Shown here in pieces: positions 59,109 through 64,000 of a stretch of DNA of 64,000 nucleotides. Both the position numbers and the translations under genes were made by a program. Numbering within the stretch: the stretch's first letter is position 1; every line of letters begins with the position of its first letter. Origin of the DNA: an uncultured bacterium (lineage in GTDB: Bacteria; Babelota; Babeliae; Babelales; Babelaceae); NCBI GenBank assembly GCA_963722385.1, contig CAVRKK010000002.1, positions 1,184,001 through 1,248,000 of the forward strand, given 5' to 3'. The notes beneath the pieces are model-generated. The model worked only from the letters and a program-made list of their open reading frames with translations. It had not been told where the DNA came from and did not search any database.

Positions 59109-62100
59109 TTATCTATTAAGGTGTCTGTAAAGACTGTTAACAGTTTCCTCTGTTCCTTCAAAGAGTATTACTAGGTTGTTTCCTATAGCACCCTTGCCCA
59201 TTGTAAAATCCTCCACATGTATATGAGGACCCTTGTCTGGGGCCCAATCCAATCTCCACCTGCCTTTTCCAGGAAACTTTCTTCCAACAATTCTACCCTC
59301 ACCTAAGCCTGCCCCGCCGATATGAGGTTGAGAATTAAGTCCCGAAAAGCCCAATTGATCCAAGATTTCAAAAGCCTTGTTTCGAGCTTGCTCAAAGGTT
59401 TTAACTTTGCCTAGGATTATCTCTCTACCAGCATCTGCAGCCCCCCTCGCACTTTTGATGAGCTTTGCTGGGTTAGTTACGAAGCGAGTAGTAGAGGCTT
59501 TGCTTATTAATTCCCCAGCTGCTGTACAGGCCCTGAGTTCCGGCAAAGCATAACTTGCTAATGAGGGACCGATGGCAGAAACCTTACCTTTCAGATTTTT
59601 TAGTTTCTTGCCGGTCTTGTTTGCCAAGAGTTTTACTGGCCAAAGTATTGTTCTAACAAATTTTAAGTGTTTTACGTAGGGGAATATAACGGCAGCGGTA
59701 CGCAAAGCCCGTTCGCCATATCCAATATCCTGTCCGCCTATATAATCCCGACCAAGGCCAAGCTCAGCAGCAGATTTAACGTTGCCTACAATCGGCACAA
59801 AGTCGAGCACGGTCGATACGAGCGGCCGAACAAATGAAGCTGATTCATCGTAGAGCATTTCTTGGTTCGCCTGCGCTTGAAAAATATCTTCGAGCTCTTG
59901 GTAAATTTGTTCAGAAGCGGTTAAGGCATCCGCCGATTGCTGATCATTAACCATGATTGTGTGAAGATTATCCAGACCCGGTGAATCCTCTTGAGTAACA
60001 TCTGTTGTTATGATCTTTTTGGCGGTGTCGCCGTCTTGTGTGCTGAACTCATAGATGTCATACAAGTCTTTTAGTTCTACAGGATCTGCTGCCTCTTCTG
60101 ACGAAGCTGATTCAACAGGCCACCCCTGACTATATTCACCTGCTTGGTCATCAAGATTAATCTCTTCAAAGTCCTCATTCTCTTCCTGCGCAGCGTATCC
60201 CTCGGTGCCAGGATATTTTTGATCAAAATCTTCCCTGAGCAGGTCCTTAAGTTCTTCAGTTTTTTCTGCAGGCTGCCCTGATGCCATGTTTTCGGCGAAC
60301 TCTGCTTCATGTGACGTAAACGGCTCTCCCTGCTTCTTTTTCTGCTCAAGGAACTCGTTAAGAAGCTTCTCCTCAGCATCCCGCGCTTGCTGCTTAATCT
60401 CTTCTCGCTGTTCCTCTGCAGCCTCTTTCATTGTTTGATTGATCGCATCCCGGTTATCACCGCCTTCAGCAAATAACTCTTTAATGCGCTGCATATTCTG
60501 GGCAAATTTTGACGGGTTGATGATTGGTATCACCAAGCGTAGAACGGTTTCATCTTCAACATATGTCTCTTGCATCATGCGCATATTGCGATTTAACTCA
60601 GCAATCGCAGCACCCAAAATATCAAGGTCTATGTTTTCGGAAATGGTTGCCCGTGTAATACCGTCTTTCGACTTAGAAGCATAGCGCCCATCGATCATGC
60701 CATAGAGACCAAGGTCATCACCGTTAGGTATAAAGCTGCCGCCAATACTAAAGCCGCGCGTTTCTTTGCCTTCATGAATATCTTCAGAAGCGAGGTGGCG
60801 AGCTTTGACGGTGGCATTGGTTGAGTCACTGCTTATATAAGCGCCCGTGAGATCGAGCGTATCGCCGACGTGCACCTCAAGATGCTCGGTGCCCTCAATG
60901 CCTGAAGCTTGGCTAACTTTATGGTCATAGGTCTCTTTTTGAGCATAATATGCGCCACCAGCCGCTGAACCAACATAGGCACTAGCACCGCTCGAAAAGC
61001 TATAGTGAGTATCCTCAACTGATTCCACTATCAGGTTATCTTTAATGTTAAGGGTCGTAGACTTACCATGGATCTGGGCTCCTTCGAGCTCTGCATTTTC
61101 GACGTCGAGGATAAAGGTATCGGCGTTTATTTGCGCATTATCATGCGTCACCGTATATGAAGTGCCTGTCTGCGTTGACGCATCAATGGTACCATTACTC
61201 GTTATGCCCACGCTCTGTGATTGTTGATTAACCGTAACCGTGTGTTCTGCTGCGGTTGCGTAGAATTTTTGTCCCTTAATGGTCGCTTTCTCGGCCTCCA
61301 GGGTTGTTCCATCAAGCACCTGAACATCATCACCACTCTCAATTTGGACTTCTTGACCAGAAAGGTGACTTGGCACCGTAATGGTTTGCTTGCGCTGTAT
61401 AGTATCATGTGCGATATTGAAATATAAATCAGGCGCGAAGGAGCCTTGAGCATCGGCAATACCCAGCCGCTTGGCCAAGAACTTGCCAGTGCTGCCTTCT
61501 TTCTGCTTGTACTGATTAAACAAGCGCAGAGCCTCGATACCCATGATTGTCGTACTTGCAAGGGTGTCAGCAGTGCTTGCCGAAGTGGCAAGTTGGTGAA
61601 TAGAGGCAAGCAGTGGGTCTTCATCATTGAGCGCCCAGAGAGCTCCGCGATATTCTTCGCCAGCAAGCAAACTAAGCGCATCTGAGCCAAAAAAGGTAAT
61701 ACCGAAGGACCAGCTATCAGTCGTTGATGATGAGCGCTGTTTGGCTCCTTTGATAATATTATTGCGCTTTGCAATCAAGTGAATAGGCTGACCTGCATAA
61801 ACAGCCACTGCCTCAAGCACATTGTCCTCGCCTGACTCAAAGGTTACCTTGCCGCCAACATTAATCTCAGTTTTGACTATATGGTCCTGCAGATGCTTTT
61901 TGCTCGTGGCATACAGCCCAAACAAATCAAGCCCCAGCTGCTTTTGCTCGCCTTTGAGCGTTTTGGTCACTATGGCAAGATCGTTATTCTTTTTTGCTTT
62001 GAACAAGGCATCACGAATGGCAGTAAAAGAAGCGCCATAGCTTTTGACTGAACCATTGGTGGACTCAACCGTAAGATTCTGTCCAGCAGCGACTTCTGAG

Positions 62101-64000
62101 TACTCCATAGTCATTGCCTCTTTTACCACCTGCTTGATCGATAAGCCTTGCAGCGACGCACCGCTATATGTTGTATGCTTGTTGGTAAGTGTTTTGAAAA
62201 CAACATCACCATACGCTTTCAAATGAACATTCTTAGCACCAAAAATCTTTGATCCCTCATTAAGCAGCGTGCCCGCCTCACTTATGAGCTCAATATTGCC
62301 CTCAGAAGTAATTCTTCCCGGATAGAAATCTACTACTTGCGAAGAGCTTTGATGGCCGAAGAGTCTGCCAAAAAAGCCAGGGTCCCACGTTAAGGTATGG
62401 CTTCCCAAAAGAACCGTGTTGGTGATGTCTCCCTGCTTGGCATAGAGCGATACTTTCTGCTTGCCCACAATAGAGCCACCAATGTTCTTAATACCCGCTT
62501 TACCAACGGCATCTTGGGGAACTTCAAGCTCGATATCAAAGCCAATAATATCGCCGCCTTCTAATGGTGTTCGTACAGAGTATTTTTTAACTTTATTGGC
62601 CTTGTTAATAATCGTATCTGCTTGTATCTTGACACGATTAATTGCACGAATCATGCCCTTGTTGACGACTCGATGCATCTTATCAATAGTAACATCATGA
62701 GCAAGAAGAGAGCCCATACGCTTATTCGCATCACGGTCCGCTGCACACACATGGAGGACAGGGACTAAACAATCAGCACCATTGAATTTTTGAACTTGGT
62801 AATAGATAAATGAAAATGGCAACTCATGTATAAGCTCTTGCGTGAGTATTCCAAGATTTTGGCCTTCTTGTACGTCCGTCATTTTGCTTTTGAGCCATGA
62901 AGGATAACCATTAATTTTATGGCTGTAGCGCTTGAGAAGTCTGGCGAGCTCTTGCTTTTCTTCCTCAGCCAATTCGACCTTGGTTTCTTGCGGCTGATCT
63001 TTCAACGACTTTCGTGGTTTACTTTGTCCCCAAGGTAGTGGCTCCTTCTTCCTCATTTTTCCTATTCCCCTACCATTGATAAGGGCTACAAGATAGCCAA
63101 CACGCTGAAGCTCCTGGAGTTGGGCGGCAAAGTCACCTTCACTTCCAAGTGCGGGCAGGCCGAGCTCAAACAACAGCCGAGAGAGTATTTCTACCTGAGA
63201 ACTAAAAGAGAGGAGCATAGGCGGTTTGCTTAAAGGAGTGCCATGAAAAAATGCAAGCTCATTGCCAGGCTGCCATTCTTCGGTGCTCTCTTTTTGTGAA
63301 GGATGGGTAAAGATAAAGCGCGGGTCATTACAGAGAATGGTAGTGGTGGGATCGATAAACTGAGCAAATGAGAGAGAAATTGGGCCATAAGATCTCAGAT
63401 CATCTACGTCGGGCTTATGATTATGCATAACCCCTTGCTTGTTTGATGATGAGACATGAGCCTCTTGCCCAATAACAATCTGGCCTGTGCTTTCAAATGC
63501 CGGATAGTGCTTGATATCATGTATCTTCACCGGCTGGCCCTGAAGCATGAGCTTGAAATCTTTGCCCGCTTGCAGGATTGCTACATCGTCGCAGCTCTCG
63601 AAGTAATCAGCGATTGCTCGAGTAACCATGTTTTTGAAGATCCAGCCAGTATCTTCTTTATAGGTCTCACAACGCTTATGATCATTACATTGCGTTAGAA
63701 GCTGAAATTTTTGGTCAATATTAGCAATAATATTTTCTTTTGCATGCAGAATGCCGCCATAAATACCAACGTGATTGGCAGTAAGGGAGATATTCCCTTG
63801 CGACATCACCAATGAACGTTTTGGCGATACCATATCATACTCAACACATGTCCAGGGATATCCGTTACTATTGGTAGCGTGGTATCGGTTACCCTCAATT
63901 GTTTGTGCTCCGCCATAGAACTGTTTATAGCTGTTTGCTTTGATACATAGATCCCCCGTTGACTCAAACCTTCCTCCAATTGCCACCGCCTCACATGACA
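59109..64000 (-). CDS. CdiA/FhaB-like filamentous hemagglutinin-repeat polymorphic toxin (5' end beyond the window)
   Basis: Frame open to the window edge; LTQELI..L...CLVPVLHV motif, hemagglutinin-type repeats, acidic linker, pre-toxin-TG-like LDFVPIVGNVKSAAELGLGRD, C-terminal FEQARNKA...RWRLDWAPDKGPHIHVEDF. Confidence 0.85.
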   Translation of the reverse strand, partial: SCEAVAIGGRFESTGDLCIKANSYKQFYGGAQTIEGNRYHATNSNGYPWTCVEYDMVSPKRSLVMSQGNISLTANHVGIYGGILHAKENIIANIDQKFQLLTQCNDHKRCETYKEDTGWIFKNMVTRAIADYFESCDDVAILQAGKDFKLMLQGQPVKIHDIKHYPAFESTGQIVIGQEAHVSSSNKQGVMHNHKPDVDDLRSYGPISLSFAQFIDPTTTILCNDPRFIFTHPSQKESTEEWQPGNELAFFHGTPLSKPPMLLSFSSQVEILSRLLFELGLPALGSEGDFAAQLQELQRVGYLVALINGRGIGKMRKKEPLPWGQSKPRKSLKDQPQETKVELAEEEKQELARLLKRYSHKINGYPSWLKSKMTDVQEGQNLGILTQELIHELPFSFIYYQVQKFNGADCLVPVLHVCAADRDANKRMGSLLAHDVTIDKMHRVVNKGMIRAINRVKIQADTIINKANKVKKYSVRTPLEGGDIIGFDIELEVPQDAVGKAGIKNIGGSIVGKQKVSLYAKQGDITNTVLLGSHTLTWDPGFFGRLFGHQSSSQVVDFYPGRITSEGNIELISEAGTLLNEGSKIFGAKNVHLKAYGDVVFKTLTNKHTTYSGASLQGLSIKQVVKEAMTMEYSEVAAGQNLTVESTNGSVKSYGASFTAIRDALFKAKKNNDLAIVTKTLKGEQKQLGLDLFGLYATSKKHLQDHIVKTEINVGGKVTFESGEDNVLEAVAVYAGQPIHLIAKRNNIIKGAKQRSSSTTDSWSFGITFFGSDALSLLAGEEYRGALWALNDEDPLLASIHQLATSASTADTLASTTIMGIEALRLFNQYKQKEGSTGKFLAKRLGIADAQGSFAPDLYFNIAHDTIQRKQTITVPSHLSGQEVQIESGDDVQVLDGTTLEAEKATIKGQKFYATAAEHTVTVNQQSQSVGITSNGTIDASTQTGTSYTVTHDNAQINADTFILDVENAELEGAQIHGKSTTLNIKDNLIVESVEDTHYSFSSGASAYVGSAAGGAYYAQKETYDHKVSQASGIEGTEHLEVHVGDTLDLTGAYISSDSTNATVKARHLASEDIHEGKETRGFSIGGSFIPNGDDLGLYGMIDGRYASKSKDGITRATISENIDLDILGAAIAELNRNMRMMQETYVEDETVLRLVIPIINPSKFAQNMQRIKELFAEGGDNRDAINQTMKEAAEEQREEIKQQARDAEEKLLNEFLEQKKKQGEPFTSHEAEFAENMASGQPAEKTEELKDLLREDFDQKYPGTEGYAAQEENEDFEEINLDDQAGEYSQGWPVESASSEEAADPVELKDLYDIYEFSTQDGDTAKKIITTDVTQEDSPGLDNLHTIMVNDQQSADALTASEQIYQELEDIFQAQANQEMLYDESASFVRPLVSTVLDFVPIVGNVKSAAELGLGRDYIGGQDIGYGERALRTAAVIFPYVKHLKFVRTILWPVKLLANKTGKKLKNLKGKVSAIGPSLASYALPELRACTAAGELISKASTTRFVTNPAKLIKSARGAADAGREIILGKVKTFEQARNKAFEILDQLGFSGLNSQPHIGGAGLGEGRIVGRKFPGKGRWRLDWAPDKGPHIHVEDFTMGKGAIGNNLVILFEGTEETVNSLYRHLNR

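Overview
64-kb bacterial chromosome window. The core is the str-S10-spc-alpha ribosomal protein supercluster (rpsL to rplQ, 21.1-39.6 kb), which lacks rpmD and adk at their usual positions. Housekeeping genes include yidC, recR, pepP, galE, rplM, cfa, rseP, an sbcC-like ATPase, mrdA, nth and a PIN-PhoH ATPase. The many signal-peptide orphans, ankyrin and beta-propeller proteins and a histone H1-like protein suggest an intracellular protist-associated bacterium, probably Ca. Dependentiae/Babelota; this is an inference, not a database result. Accessory patches (0-1.9 kb, 15-20.5 kb, 57.5-64 kb) carry decayed ISKra4, IS256 and IS4 elements and an ISAs1 with intact inverted repeats and a 10-bp target duplication. 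Five observations stand out. (1) An unannotated ~30-codon ORF with lasso-peptide-precursor architecture is split by the ISAs1, and a second decayed copy lies 37 kb away. (2) A CdiA-like polymorphic toxin is followed by a decayed and then an intact immunity gene. (3) A multi-pass membrane protein is fused to a catalytically dead sigma54-activator AAA+ domain and an HTH. (4) A 500-aa protein is built from six copies of an unrecognised ~80-aa repeat. (5) Three tandem small secreted proteins share one RBS/signal-peptide cassette. No rRNA, tRNA or CRISPR array was seen.
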